Shown one piece after another: positions 29,318 to 39,069 of a stretch of 64,000 bases of DNA (positions are counted from its first letter, which is position 1; each line of letters starts with the position of its first letter). The stretch covers positions 12,733 to 76,732 of the forward strand of contig MFJF01000019.1 in assembly GCA_001779115.1 (NCBI GenBank), written 5' to 3'. Below the pieces are notes generated by a model, which made no database searches, was not told where the DNA came from, and saw only the letters and a list, made by a program, of their open reading frames with translations. The translations under genes and the position numbers were made by a program. This DNA is from Candidatus Gottesmanbacteria bacterium RIFCSPHIGHO2_01_FULL_40_15. Its GTDB lineage: Bacteria; Patescibacteriota; Microgenomatia; 2-02-FULL-39-11.

Positions 29318-29998
29318 TTACTTTCCAATTATTTTATCCAACTTACCTTCCATAACCTTATCAAGGTTATGCCAGCTTTTGCCTCTGCGGTGGTCAGTTA
29401 TACGGTTTTGGGGGAAATTATAGGTTCTGATTTTTTCAGCCCGCATCCCCCGGCCAATCCCGGATCTGGCCTGGCCTAATGTTTTTTCCTTTTTTTCCGC
29501 TTCCAGCTCCCACAGTTTTGAACGGAGCAGTGAAAGCGCGATTTTCCGGTTCTGTTCCTGGGATCTTTCCGCGCGGGCTGTAGTTATGATTCCGGATGGC
29601 TTGTGTTTTAAGCGCACCGCCGTTGATACTTTATTGACATTCTGTCCGCCTTTTCCGCTGGAACGAAAAAAATCCCATTCCAGATCATTGGGATTAATAT
29701 TGAAATGATTTTCTTCAATATCAGCTATAACAGCGACTGTGGCCGTTGAAGTGTGTATCCGGCCATATCGCTCCGTTTCCGGTATCCGCTGTACCCGGTG
29801 CACCCCGGTTTCACCCGAAAAAATATCAAATACGTTTTCTCCCTTAATTTTTAAGATATTATCATCAAGGTTTTTTGTATTAAAACCCCGGGAAAGACAA
29901 AATTTGAGATACATCCGGAGCAAGTCAGCAGCCCAGATTTTTGCCTCGTCACCGCCCGTAGCTCCTCTTATTTCTAAAATAGCCGTATTTTTGTTCAT
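29318..29998 (-). CDS. prfA: class I peptide chain release factor lacking N-terminal domain 1 (RF1-like domains 2-4 only)
   Basis: 226 aa. Begins directly at the domain-2 block 'ILEIRGATGGDEA'. GGQ 'SGKGGQNVNKVSTAVRL'. Codon-recognition loop 'RVQRIPETE…GRIHTS' is RF1-type (P-x-T position reads PET). Only 13 nt separate it from the rpmE stop. Confidence 0.8.
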   Translation of the reverse strand: MNKNTAILEIRGATGGDEAKIWAADLLRMYLKFCLSRGFNTKNLDDNILKIKGENVFDIFSGETGVHRVQRIPETERYGRIHTSTATVAVIADIEENHFNINPNDLEWDFFRSSGKGGQNVNKVSTAVRLKHKPSGIITTARAERSQEQNRKIALSLLRSKLWELEAEKKEKTLGQARSGIGRGMRAEKIRTYNFPQNRITDHRRGKSWHNLDKVMEGKLDKIIGK

Positions 29999-30010
29999 GG
30001 AGAGGATTAT

Positions 30011-30316
30011 TTAGGATCCCAGAAGCATTTCACGAAGCGTTTTAGGATGCCGGTCTGTTTTTATATCTTCTTTTTGTTTTTTCTTCTTTTCAGCCAGCTG
30101 TTTTAACGTAACCTGAGCTTCTTTTTGCTTTTTCTGGAATTTTTCTACCCGGCCCATGGTATCCAGGAATTTCATTTCACCGGTATAAAAAGGATGACAT
30201 TTATGGCATACTTCAACACGGATATTAGCTTTGGTAGATCCGACTTTGAACATATTACCGCAGGCACAGACGACCTCCGCTTCAGGGTACCATTTGGGAT
30301 GTATTGACGTTTTCAT
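30011..30316 (-). CDS. rpmE: 50S ribosomal protein L31 with about 40-aa Lys-rich C-terminal extension
   Basis: '[10 protein letters not shown]…CACGN…[10 protein letters not shown]' (C4 Zn type) followed by '[25 protein letters not shown]…'. Confidence 0.85.
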   Translation of the reverse strand: MKTSIHPKWYPEAEVVCACGNMFKVGSTKANIRVEVCHKCHPFYTGEMKFLDTMGRVEKFQKKQKEAQVTLKQLAEKKKKQKEDIKTDRHPKTLREMLLGS

Positions 30317-30377
30317 AGATACGATATTATATCCCAATGAAGGGAATTTGAAAAGAGTCCGGAAGACTTAATCCGGT

Positions 30378-31310
30378 TTAGACCACTTCCATAACGACAA
30401 AAGTCAGATAAAGAATCAGAAGAATTAAACCTTCCTTCCGGGAAATGTCATTTTTTGAACGGGTGAAATAGAAAAAAAGACTAAGGCCAACAAGCATAAA
30501 CGAAAAGGTTATGAGAAAATGGTTGTTAAAAGAAACCGATGTGCCATTTACAATTGTTAATACTCCTAGGATGACTGAGTTAGTCGAAGCCGAACCGATG
30601 TAATCGCCCAGAGCTATTTCCTTGTTACCTGAAGTTATTGATCTTAAAGCTATTGAAATTTCAGGCAGATTTGTTCCAATGGATAACCCCAACAAACTCA
30701 GGAGAAAGGGAGATATACCAAGATCGGCCGAAAAAACAATAGTTTGGTCAACCAGGAGTCCGCTGGAATAAAATACGACAAAGGCGCCGATCAGTATTTT
30801 TCCCAGAAGGGAAATATTGTGACGGCGGTCTGTGGTGAATTTATCCCTGAAATGATCAATAATTCCTTTTCTTTTTTCAAGTGTATAAAAAAGTACCAGA
30901 TAGAGAAAAATCAGGAGAAATCCTTCAATTAAACTCAAGTTTTTGTCTATTATAAGCAGAGCCGGCAGACCGACCAGATAAAGGGAAAAAATTAATTTTC
31001 TGATTGACAGTTGGTGGCTCAGAGTGACTCCGTTGCCCAGTATTGCCAGTAACGGAATGATAAGGATGAAAATAATAAGTGAACCGCCGATAAGGTTTCC
31101 GACGAATATTTCAGGCTTTTTGTCAATAATAGCGTTTATTCCGACAGATAATTCCGGCAGACTGGTTAGAAATCCCAGCAGGAAAAAAGAAGCGGCAAAA
31201 GCCGAAATTTCCAATTGTTTTGAAATTTTGTCAAGCGAAGTGACAATCAGACCAGCACCGAACCAGAGGGTAGTCAGAGCAAAAATAAAAAGAGCCAAAT
31301 CAGGCAGCAT
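30378..31310 (-). CDS. CaCA-family cation/Ca2+ antiporter (YrbG-like)
   Basis: 310 aa, about 10 TM. Two alpha-repeats 'LTSLPELSVGI' and 'GTNLPEISIAL'. Confidence 0.8.
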   Translation of the reverse strand: MLPDLALFIFALTTLWFGAGLIVTSLDKISKQLEISAFAASFFLLGFLTSLPELSVGINAIIDKKPEIFVGNLIGGSLIIFILIIPLLAILGNGVTLSHQLSIRKLIFSLYLVGLPALLIIDKNLSLIEGFLLIFLYLVLFYTLEKRKGIIDHFRDKFTTDRRHNISLLGKILIGAFVVFYSSGLLVDQTIVFSADLGISPFLLSLLGLSIGTNLPEISIALRSITSGNKEIALGDYIGSASTNSVILGVLTIVNGTSVSFNNHFLITFSFMLVGLSLFFYFTRSKNDISRKEGLILLILYLTFVVMEVV

Positions 31311-31361
31311 AAAAAAAGTATAAACGTATGTTATTGTCTAATTCAACTGGGATGTTAATAA

Positions 31362-32267
31362 TCATCTTTTATGAAAGCGGTGATGGGGGTGATGTTTGAT
31401 TTTGCCTTCAGCTAAAAGGATTCCTCCGAAAACGAGAAAGCTGCCGATGAAAAAAACAGGAGTTATTTTTTCACCCAGAAGCGGCAGAGCGATTATTATG
31501 GCAGCTATCGGATCGAGGTAGGAAAATACACCGGTATCCTGGGCTTCCATATATTTTATGCCGTATTCAAACAGGGTATAAGCGGTAGCCGAAGAGAAAA
31601 AAATTCCGTATATTATTCCGATTATTCCCCGGTAATCCAGTTGGGCCGGAAATTGTCCCGTGTATATTTCATAAGAGGCAAACGGCAAAAATGTGAGCGC
31701 GCCGATGAAACTCATCCAAAAAGTTAAAGCGGCAGGACTATAGTCGGCTATTATTTCTTTGCTGATTATGGCGTGGGCAATAGCAGCCAGCATGGCGATA
31801 AATATAAACATATTACCCAGAAGCTGTCCGTCAAGCCGGTTTTCAAAAATCGGCTGGCCGATAATTATTAAGACTCCCAATAAACTGATAACAATACCGG
31901 CCAGAACTTTTAAATGGGGTTTTTCATGCAGGATAAAAATCGAGGCAATATATAAAAAAACCGGTCCGGATGCGGATATAATCGGAGCGTTAATGGATGG
32001 CGATAACCTCAAGCCCAAAAAATAAAAACTGATATGGATGGAAACACCGAAGATTGAAAGTAAAATAAGTTTTAGCGTGTCTTTTTTGGCTATTTTTAAC
32101 CGGGGGTAAGAAATAATCAGCAGAATTAATGATGCTCCGTAGAACCGGATAAAGGCTAAGGTAAACGGGGAAATATTTTGAAGGGCAAACTTGAAGATAG
32201 GCGAGGCGGCACCCCAGATCAGATTAGCGCCAATCAGGGCAAGAACCGCTTTCCGATATTTGGGCAT
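31362..32267 (-). CDS. EamA/DMT-superfamily transporter
   Basis: 301 aa, 10 TM. Duplicated EamA-like halves. Confidence 0.7.
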   Translation of the reverse strand: MPKYRKAVLALIGANLIWGAASPIFKFALQNISPFTLAFIRFYGASLILLIISYPRLKIAKKDTLKLILLSIFGVSIHISFYFLGLRLSPSINAPIISASGPVFLYIASIFILHEKPHLKVLAGIVISLLGVLIIIGQPIFENRLDGQLLGNMFIFIAMLAAIAHAIISKEIIADYSPAALTFWMSFIGALTFLPFASYEIYTGQFPAQLDYRGIIGIIYGIFFSSATAYTLFEYGIKYMEAQDTGVFSYLDPIAAIIIALPLLGEKITPVFFIGSFLVFGGILLAEGKIKHHPHHRFHKR

Positions 32268-32309
32268 TAAATTAATAATAGCAAAAATTCCGAAGGCGTG
32301 GCAAAGAGA

Positions 32310-33587
32310 TTATTTGAAGTAACTTATCAATTTATCCGAGGCAACTGTTTCCTGGGATTTTAAGAAGAGATTCTTAATGGTAACTTTATTTGATTTTTTT
32401 TCATCCGGGCCTATGATAATAGCGTAAAGAATCCCTTTTTTATCTGCATATTTTAATTGTTTATCGAGTCTCTGGTCGGTTTCAAAGTAAATTTCCGCAT
32501 TGATTTGGGCTTTCCTGAGCAAATTTAATACGGTTAATGAAGTATTAAGGAATTTTTCATTAAAAACGGTAACTAATATTTCAGAAGAGGAGTTTAATAT
32601 ATTTTTAGGAAATAGTTTCAGTTCTTCCATAGCTTCTATCAGTCTGTCGAAACCAAAAGCGCATCCGACAGCCGGAATGTTTTTTCCTGCAAAAAAACCA
32701 ATTAAATTATCATATCTTCCACCCCCGCAAACTGCACCTGCAGAATAACCATTCACCTGAACTTCAAAAATCATATCCGTATAATAATCTAAACCCCGGG
32801 CTAAAGTTAAATCCCATTTAAGAGGAATGTTACGCTTAGATGCTTCCTCATAAACTCTATTCATTTTTTGTCCGATTTCGTCAGGTTGACTCAGTTCCCA
32901 TAATTTGAATACTTGTTGAATTTTTCCTGCAGTGTTTTCGTCAATTCCCGGAATATTGGTTAATAATTTTTTTACTTTAGACCAACCGACTTTTTCGATT
33001 TTATCTATTTCTCTACTCACTTTAATTCTCAGATTTTCAGGGACGCCTGCTTTCTCAATTTTATTAAATAACATTATCCGACTGTTAAACAAAAATTTAA
33101 AATTTTTAAAACCCAGTTTATTTAAAACAGAATTTACTACATCTAAGACTTCGACATCTGCCAGATATGATGAAGTACCGACAATATCGATATCACATTG
33201 AAGAAATTCCCGAAATCTTCCTTTTTGAGGATTTTCAGCTCTCCAGACCGACTGGATTTGATATCTTTCAAATGGGATTGGTATTTTATTTTCGTATTGG
33301 GCAATAACACGGGCAAGTGGTACTGTTTGATCATATCTCAGTGCAATTTTTCTTTTACCAAGATCTTCAAACCGATAGAGTAATTTGTCAGCATCAGGTC
33401 CATACTTGCCTAATAATATATCCTCGTATTCGATGGCCGGTGTTTCCAGGGGTTCAAAACCATAGAGTTCAAAAGTGCGCCTGATAATGCCGATGGCGTA
33501 CTGTCTTTTACGGGCCTGATCCGGCAGGAAATCCCGGAAACCCTTTAAAATCCGGGGCTCGACTTTTTGATTATTTTTGGCTGTCAT
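32310..33587 (-). CDS. hisS: histidine--tRNA ligase
   Basis: 425 aa. 'RYDQTVPLARV'. Motif 2 'FREFLQCDIDIVG'. Motif 3 'GGGRYDNL'. Confidence 0.9.
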   Translation of the reverse strand: MTAKNNQKVEPRILKGFRDFLPDQARKRQYAIGIIRRTFELYGFEPLETPAIEYEDILLGKYGPDADKLLYRFEDLGKRKIALRYDQTVPLARVIAQYENKIPIPFERYQIQSVWRAENPQKGRFREFLQCDIDIVGTSSYLADVEVLDVVNSVLNKLGFKNFKFLFNSRIMLFNKIEKAGVPENLRIKVSREIDKIEKVGWSKVKKLLTNIPGIDENTAGKIQQVFKLWELSQPDEIGQKMNRVYEEASKRNIPLKWDLTLARGLDYYTDMIFEVQVNGYSAGAVCGGGRYDNLIGFFAGKNIPAVGCAFGFDRLIEAMEELKLFPKNILNSSSEILVTVFNEKFLNTSLTVLNLLRKAQINAEIYFETDQRLDKQLKYADKKGILYAIIIGPDEKKSNKVTIKNLFLKSQETVASDKLISYFK

Positions 33588-33597
33588 ATTGAATTTA

Positions 33598-34674
33598 TTA
33601 TATCACTGTTATCTCTTTTGGAGCGCGGGAGAGGAGTTTTGGGCCGCGGGAGGTGATCAGGACAAGGTCTTCGATCCTTATACCGGCGAAGCCTTCGATA
33701 TAGATGCCCGGTTCAACGGTAACCACCATATTTTCGCACAGAATTTCGTGACTGCCGGGTTTTAAGCGGGGTGCTTCGTGGATAGCCAAACCGACACCAT
33801 GGCCGAGACCGTGCTTAAAGGCCGGGTAACCCTGTTGTTCAATATATTCCCGGGTAAGCCGGTCAATTTCATCACCGGTTTTGCCGGATGTTAATTGGGA
33901 AAGAGCATTTTCCTGGGCAGTCAAAACAGTTTGATAGAGTTTTACCAGACGGTCGGAAGGAGAGCCGAAACATATTACCCGGGTTAAATCGGAGCAGTAA
34001 TTTAGAAATTTGGCTCCCATATCGATAAGAATTATACTGTGATTTTTGAGAGTGACTTTGTCTGATGGGAGATAGTGGGGGATGGCGGAGTTTTGGTTAA
34101 AGGCGACAATCGGCGAGAAAGCAATATTTTGGCTGTTTTTGCGAATAAAAAATTCCAGATTCAAAGCCAGATTTTTTTCTGTGATGCCGGGTTTTATTAG
34201 CCTGGCAGCGTATTCATAGGCGGAATCGGTAACTGAAGCAGCCTTTTTGATAGATTCAATTTCAGCATTTGATTTAATAAGGCGCATTTTCTCAATAATA
34301 TTTTCAGACGGAGTTAATTTAAGTGAAAGTTTTTCTTTTAGAGAAATGTATTCGGAATAAGAAACATAATTTTTCTCAAAAGCAAGAGTTTTTAATTTTT
34401 CTTTTCCGGCAATATCTATTATGGCCTTACTTAACCGGTATTGATTAGTTAATTCGACAGGTATAAATCCCGCTGTCCGCCGGTACATGGCAAAGGTAGT
34501 GGAAAAAGCCAAAAGATAAGCTGATTTTTTGGTTATTACCAGAAAAACTTCCCGTTCATCCGAATTCAGGCCGGCTTTTGCGGTAAGATAAGTAACATTT
34601 TCCTGACCGGAGACAAATAAAGCGTCCGATCCGTAATGTTCAAGTTGTTTTCTTATTAAGTTTAACTTATCCAT
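33598..34674 (-). CDS. M24-family Xaa-Pro aminopeptidase
   Basis: 'HGLGHGVGLAIHEAP'. 'IEDLVLIT'. Start taken at 'MDKLNLIRKQ'. Confidence 0.82.
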   Translation of the reverse strand: MDKLNLIRKQLEHYGSDALFVSGQENVTYLTAKAGLNSDEREVFLVITKKSAYLLAFSTTFAMYRRTAGFIPVELTNQYRLSKAIIDIAGKEKLKTLAFEKNYVSYSEYISLKEKLSLKLTPSENIIEKMRLIKSNAEIESIKKAASVTDSAYEYAARLIKPGITEKNLALNLEFFIRKNSQNIAFSPIVAFNQNSAIPHYLPSDKVTLKNHSIILIDMGAKFLNYCSDLTRVICFGSPSDRLVKLYQTVLTAQENALSQLTSGKTGDEIDRLTREYIEQQGYPAFKHGLGHGVGLAIHEAPRLKPGSHEILCENMVVTVEPGIYIEGFAGIRIEDLVLITSRGPKLLSRAPKEITVI

Positions 34675-34695
34675 TATGATTTGTAATTTTAACAG

Positions 34696-35523
34696 ATGGC
34701 TATTTATAATGACATTATGGTAAAAGGGGAAATTGATATTAACAATCTGCAATCGGATCTTTTAAGACTCATTAAGAAATCCGGGGAATTAGCCCGCGGT
34801 TACTTTGAGAAAAAAGATGTTCGAAGATACAGTAAAAAAGAATTGGATTTTGTTACTGATGCTGATTTGGCGGTGGAGAAATATTTAAAGTCCGAATTGT
34901 CGGGGAAATATCCGGGAGTACCGGTAATGGCAGAAGAATCAGCCCATAAAAATTATAATTTGTACTGTCGGGAAAAATCCCTTTTTGTTATAGATCCGAT
35001 AGACGGTACTTTGAATTTCGGATACGGTATTGATCATTACGCCATAAGCATCGCCTTGGTATCATACGGAAAGCCTTTACTGGGCATATGTCTGGCTTCC
35101 GATACTAATAAAGTATATACGGCCAGAAGAGACCGGAAGGGGGCATATTGTGACAATAGAAAGATTTCGGTAAAAAATATCAATAGACTGGCGGAATCGT
35201 TTATCCTGACCGATTGGCCTCATGATTTGGAACTCAGGAAAAAGACTGCGGCATTTATTGGCAATTTATATTCACGGGTCAGATTTATCGGGATTTACGG
35301 GTCGGCAGTTTATGATTTGTTAATGATTTCGCAAGGGGAGATTCAAGGAGTTTATTTAACAGGGTGTAATCCTTGGGATGTAGCTGCTGCTTCCTTGATT
35401 GCAAGAAAATCGGGGGCACTGCTAACTGACGGTAGAGGAGCAGATTTTGATATTTTTAATAAAACATTAGTTGCGGGTGTTGAAGGAATCCACGGTGAAC
35501 TGGTTAGAGCTTCAGGGGGTTAA
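34696..35523 (+). CDS. inositol monophosphatase-family protein (SuhB/IMPase/CysQ fold)
   Basis: 'EESAHK…DPIDGTLNFGYG' and 'WDVAAASLI'. Confidence 0.8.
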   Translation: MAIYNDIMVKGEIDINNLQSDLLRLIKKSGELARGYFEKKDVRRYSKKELDFVTDADLAVEKYLKSELSGKYPGVPVMAEESAHKNYNLYCREKSLFVIDPIDGTLNFGYGIDHYAISIALVSYGKPLLGICLASDTNKVYTARRDRKGAYCDNRKISVKNINRLAESFILTDWPHDLELRKKTAAFIGNLYSRVRFIGIYGSAVYDLLMISQGEIQGVYLTGCNPWDVAAASLIARKSGALLTDGRGADFDIFNKTLVAGVEGIHGELVRASGG

Positions 35524-36363
35524 GGCGGCTGAAGGAGAGCTTTCAGGCGTCGGGGAAATCAGCATGGGAAGATGGATAATTCTTAACGCATGATACCGGT
35601 TTTCTTCTTTTTCATGGGGTTGCCCGACTATATATACGGAATCTCCTACCTGGAATTTGGAAAAACCTCCTTTTTGTTTGCCTTTTCCTTTTAAAAAGCT
35701 TGAGGTGACGGTATATTTTTCAAAATCAATCAGGATGTCACCATTTTTTGTTTTAACAGTAAGGGTATAGTTTGATTTGTCAATATTGGCAAGTTTACCG
35801 GTAATCCTGGTAAAGCTTTCCTGAATGAAGATATATTTAGCCAATAAGTTATCCCGGTTTTCATTGAAATATCCTAAAGCCGATACGACAACTCCGGTTT
35901 TAACATCTTTCAAGCCGGCCTCTTTTTTGGCATTATCGGATATGATATATACCAAAGTATCTTCAGAATGAGTAAATTTTTGTTCGCCCTTGACAGTTGA
36001 GAGAACGACTTCGTTGCCACCCGAGGATTTAACTATTCCGTAAAAAGCTCCTTTTTCCTGGTCCCTTAGTTGGGCAACTTTTGTAGCAATTTTTTCTTTC
36101 AGAATTTCAATCTGTTTTAGTTTATCGATAACATTTTCCTTTTCCTGATCAATCTGGGGAGTGGAAGTTATTTTTTCCGGGGATATTGCCTGGGTGTTGG
36201 TTTGGGCGGAAATTTTACGGACGGAATTGGCTACAAACGACGTTGCCGGAATCAAAAGAAGAATTGCAATAAGCAGGGATAATTTAGGCGGTGATTTTTT
36301 TTCAGGATTTTCAGGGGTTATTTTCTTATTAGTTCGGAATTTTTTGACGGGATTTTTAATCAT
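35512..36363 (-). CDS. hypothetical membrane-anchored extracytoplasmic protein
   Basis: 283 aa. Basic N-terminus plus TM 'LSLLIAILLLIPATSFV'. No motifs. Confidence 0.4.
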   Translation of the reverse strand: MIKNPVKKFRTNKKITPENPEKKSPPKLSLLIAILLLIPATSFVANSVRKISAQTNTQAISPEKITSTPQIDQEKENVIDKLKQIEILKEKIATKVAQLRDQEKGAFYGIVKSSGGNEVVLSTVKGEQKFTHSEDTLVYIISDNAKKEAGLKDVKTGVVVSALGYFNENRDNLLAKYIFIQESFTRITGKLANIDKSNYTLTVKTKNGDILIDFEKYTVTSSFLKGKGKQKGGFSKFQVGDSVYIVGQPHEKEENRYHALRIIHLPMLISPTPESSPSAALTP

Positions 36364-36794
36364 AGTTTTTCAGTTGTATAAAAAAGAGTGACGGATTTTG
36401 TTTCCTGATTACCTGATAAATCAACTGTAGTAAGATAAACAGGATTACCGCCTTCTTCCAAATTGATTGAGGCAGAAAATGAACCATCTGCATCAGTTTC
36501 GAAAATATCGCTGTAATCTGACGTTTCCAGAATGATTACTGACGCCGGTTTTGCTTTTCCGGTAAGACTGACTTTGTTTTCGGTTTGAATGCTTAAATCA
36601 GATGGAGATGTTATTTCCAGCTGACTTTTTGACTCGGCAATGAAGACAGTCGGAGTCGGCTCCGTTTTATCAGATAAGGAATTACTTGCTTTTGATGCTT
36701 TATCCAAAACAGCCGGTAATTTGACTGCTGTTACGGCGATTGACGCTCCGATTACAAATCCGACCAAAAGAGCCAGAACGACATCTTTTTTCAT
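36360..36794 (-). CDS. hypothetical membrane-anchored protein with Ig-like/beta-sandwich domain
   Basis: 144 aa. TM 'VVLALLVGFVIGASIAVTAV'. Ser/Thr-rich beta-strand segment. 4-nt overlap with the downstream gene. Confidence 0.4.
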   Translation of the reverse strand: MKKDVVLALLVGFVIGASIAVTAVKLPAVLDKASKASNSLSDKTEPTPTVFIAESKSQLEITSPSDLSIQTENKVSLTGKAKPASVIILETSDYSDIFETDADGSFSASINLEEGGNPVYLTTVDLSGNQETKSVTLFYTTEKL

Positions 36795-36875
36795 AAGGGG
36801 TAAAAAGCACTAACATATTAAGGGACGGTATTCCACTTGTCAAGAAAAGTTAAAAGTGATAAAAGTACTTTACCT

Positions 36876-37520
36876 ATGGACATATCATTACTTGGGCATT
36901 CTTCCTTCAAAATTAAGGGCAGAAAGGTAACACTTTTGACTGATCCATATGATCCGGAAAAGACAGGTCTTAAATTTCCAAAAGCGGAAGCCGATATAAT
37001 AACCGTTTCCCATCCCCATTACGATCACAGCCATACCTCTCTAGTTGGCGGAAATCCGGTTACAATATCGGGACCCGGGGAATATGAAGTAAAGGGAGTA
37101 AAAATAATCGGAATTTCCAGCTTTCATGATGCTGTTAAAGGAGCGGAAAGGGGTAAAAATACCATTTATCAGATAGAGATGGATAAGATGACTTTAGTTC
37201 ATTTGGGTGATTTGGGTCATAAGCTGGATGAAGCCGCCGTGGAAATTTTAAACGGAGCCGATATCCTGATGATTCCAGTCGGAGGAGTTTATACCATTAA
37301 CTCTGTAGTTGCTGCCCAGGTAATAACCCAACTTGAACCTTCAATAATTATCCCTATGCATTATTGGAAAGCCGGTATGAATAAGGAAAAATTCGGTGAA
37401 CTTTCCGATATATCGTTCTTTTTAAAAGAGATGGGTAAGGAAAGTATACAACCTGTGGTTAAATTATCCGTAACCAAGGATAAGATTCCGGCCGAGGCTA
37501 CGATCACCGTTCTTGAATAG
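36876..37520 (+). CDS. metallo-beta-lactamase-fold hydrolase
   Basis: 'VSHPHYDHSH' (HxHxDH). 'HLGDLGH'. 'PMHY'. Confidence 0.75.
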   Translation: MDISLLGHSSFKIKGRKVTLLTDPYDPEKTGLKFPKAEADIITVSHPHYDHSHTSLVGGNPVTISGPGEYEVKGVKIIGISSFHDAVKGAERGKNTIYQIEMDKMTLVHLGDLGHKLDEAAVEILNGADILMIPVGGVYTINSVVAAQVITQLEPSIIIPMHYWKAGMNKEKFGELSDISFFLKEMGKESIQPVVKLSVTKDKIPAEATITVLE

Positions 37521-37546
37521 TTTGCATAAGCAGACTGTAATTTATT

Positions 37547-38872
37547 ATGGCAGAACCGCGCATTCCTCCTCATGACGAGCAGGCAGAATCTTCAGTATTG
37601 GGAGCAATACTGATCGATCGCGATTCCATTTCAGAAGTAGTCGGTTTTTTAAAGCCCGATTATTTTTATAAAGAGTCCAACGCTAATGTTTTTGAAGCAA
37701 TGGTGTCGTTATTTGAAAAACATGAGCCGGTTGATGTCGTTACGGTAACTGCCCAGCTTAAGAAACTGGGAAAATATAAGGATATCGGCGGATCTTCCTT
37801 TCTGACAACACTGACCAATATCGTACCGACATCGGCCAATATTGAATATTACGGTCAGATTGTTGCTGATCATTACTTAAAGAGAAAATTAATTGAGAGT
37901 GCATCAAAAATAACAAGCCATGCTTTCGGAGATAGAACTGAGGCCAGGGAATTACTTGATGCTGCCGAATCGGAAATTCTGGCGGTAGCCCAGCAAAGAT
38001 CCCGGCGCGATTTCATTAATATTAAAGACGCCCTAGCAGAAAGTTTTGACCGTTTGGACGAACTTCATAAAAAGGGAACTAACCTGAGAGGAGTACCGAC
38101 CGGGTTTTATGATCTTGACAATAAGCTGGCCGGGATGCAGCGGTCAAATCTTTTGATATTGGCCGCCCGTCCAGGGCAGGGGAAAACAGCGTTGGCTTTA
38201 AATATTGCCCAATATTTAACGGTTCATAAGAATTTGCCTGTCGGAATATTCTCCCTGGAAATGAGTAAGGAGGAACTGGTGGACAGGCTTCTGGTATCAC
38301 AGGCCGATGTTGATGCCTGGAGGTTAAAAACGGGCAGACTGTCGGATGAAGATTTTACCAAATTGTCGGAAGCCATGGGTGAGTTGGCCGAGGCTCCCCT
38401 ATACATAGATGATACGCCGGGAATAAACATATTTGAGATAAGAACCAAGGCCAGAAGGTTGCTTCTGATGCATGATGTCAAACTAATTATTGTTGATTAT
38501 CTCCAACTGGTTGATCCGGGAAGAAGATTTGACAACAGGGTTCAGGAAGTTTCGGTTGTTACCCAATCTTTAAAAAATCTGGCCAGAGAATTGCAGATAC
38601 CGGTTCTGGCAATATCACAATTGTCCAGAGCAATTGAGCATAGAAGTGAAAAAAGGCCGCAACTGGCTGATCTTCGGGAGTCAGGTTCGATTGAACAGGA
38701 TTCCGATGTTGTGATGTTTATTTATAAGGAAGACGCCGAAGTTAAAAATTGGGAACAGCAGGTTGTTAAGCTTTTAATAGCCAAACACCGGAACGGTCCG
38801 GGAGGGGAAATAGATCTTATTTTCAAAGGCGACCGCATCCGCTTCTATTCGGTCGAGAAAGCGAAAGAATAA
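37547..38872 (+). CDS. dnaB: replicative DNA helicase
   Basis: 441 aa. 'AEQAESSVLGAIL' N-terminus. 'ILAARPGQGKTALALNIA' Walker A. 'IIVDYLQL'. 'ISQLSR'. Confidence 0.92.
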   Translation: MAEPRIPPHDEQAESSVLGAILIDRDSISEVVGFLKPDYFYKESNANVFEAMVSLFEKHEPVDVVTVTAQLKKLGKYKDIGGSSFLTTLTNIVPTSANIEYYGQIVADHYLKRKLIESASKITSHAFGDRTEARELLDAAESEILAVAQQRSRRDFINIKDALAESFDRLDELHKKGTNLRGVPTGFYDLDNKLAGMQRSNLLILAARPGQGKTALALNIAQYLTVHKNLPVGIFSLEMSKEELVDRLLVSQADVDAWRLKTGRLSDEDFTKLSEAMGELAEAPLYIDDTPGINIFEIRTKARRLLLMHDVKLIIVDYLQLVDPGRRFDNRVQEVSVVTQSLKNLARELQIPVLAISQLSRAIEHRSEKRPQLADLRESGSIEQDSDVVMFIYKEDAEVKNWEQQVVKLLIAKHRNGPGGEIDLIFKGDRIRFYSVEKAKE

Positions 38873-38894
38873 ACATATCACTTGGTGAGAAAAA

Positions 38895-38982
38895 TGGTGG
38901 GCAAGGAGGGAGTCGAACCCTCACGGTGCGTAAACACCACTAGTTTTTGAGACTAGCCTGTCTTCCATTCCAGCACTTGCCC
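38895..38982 (-). tRNA. tRNA-Leu(CAA), class II with long variable arm, CCA encoded
   Basis: Reverse complement reads GGGCAAG-UG-…-CUAGU-CUCAAAA-ACUAG-(long arm GUGGUGUUUACGCACCG)-GAGGG-UUCGACU-CCCUC-CUUGCCC-A-CCA. This gives a 7-bp acceptor, a 5-bp anticodon stem, anticodon CAA, and a canonical T-arm. Confidence 0.85.
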
Positions 38983-39069
38983 GGTATTATTTCCGATTGA
39001 CTGTAAGAATTATATTTTGGTACACTTGTTTTAGTCAAATCGCCGGAACAGCCCCTTTTATCCTTTAAT

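Noticed and set aside
29998-30337. prfB-style programmed +1 frameshift to explain the short release factor
   Set aside because: Only 13 nt lie between rpmE and the RF start. The L31 extension (135 nt) cannot encode a 110-aa domain 1. There is no CUU-UGA-C-like shifty site upstream.
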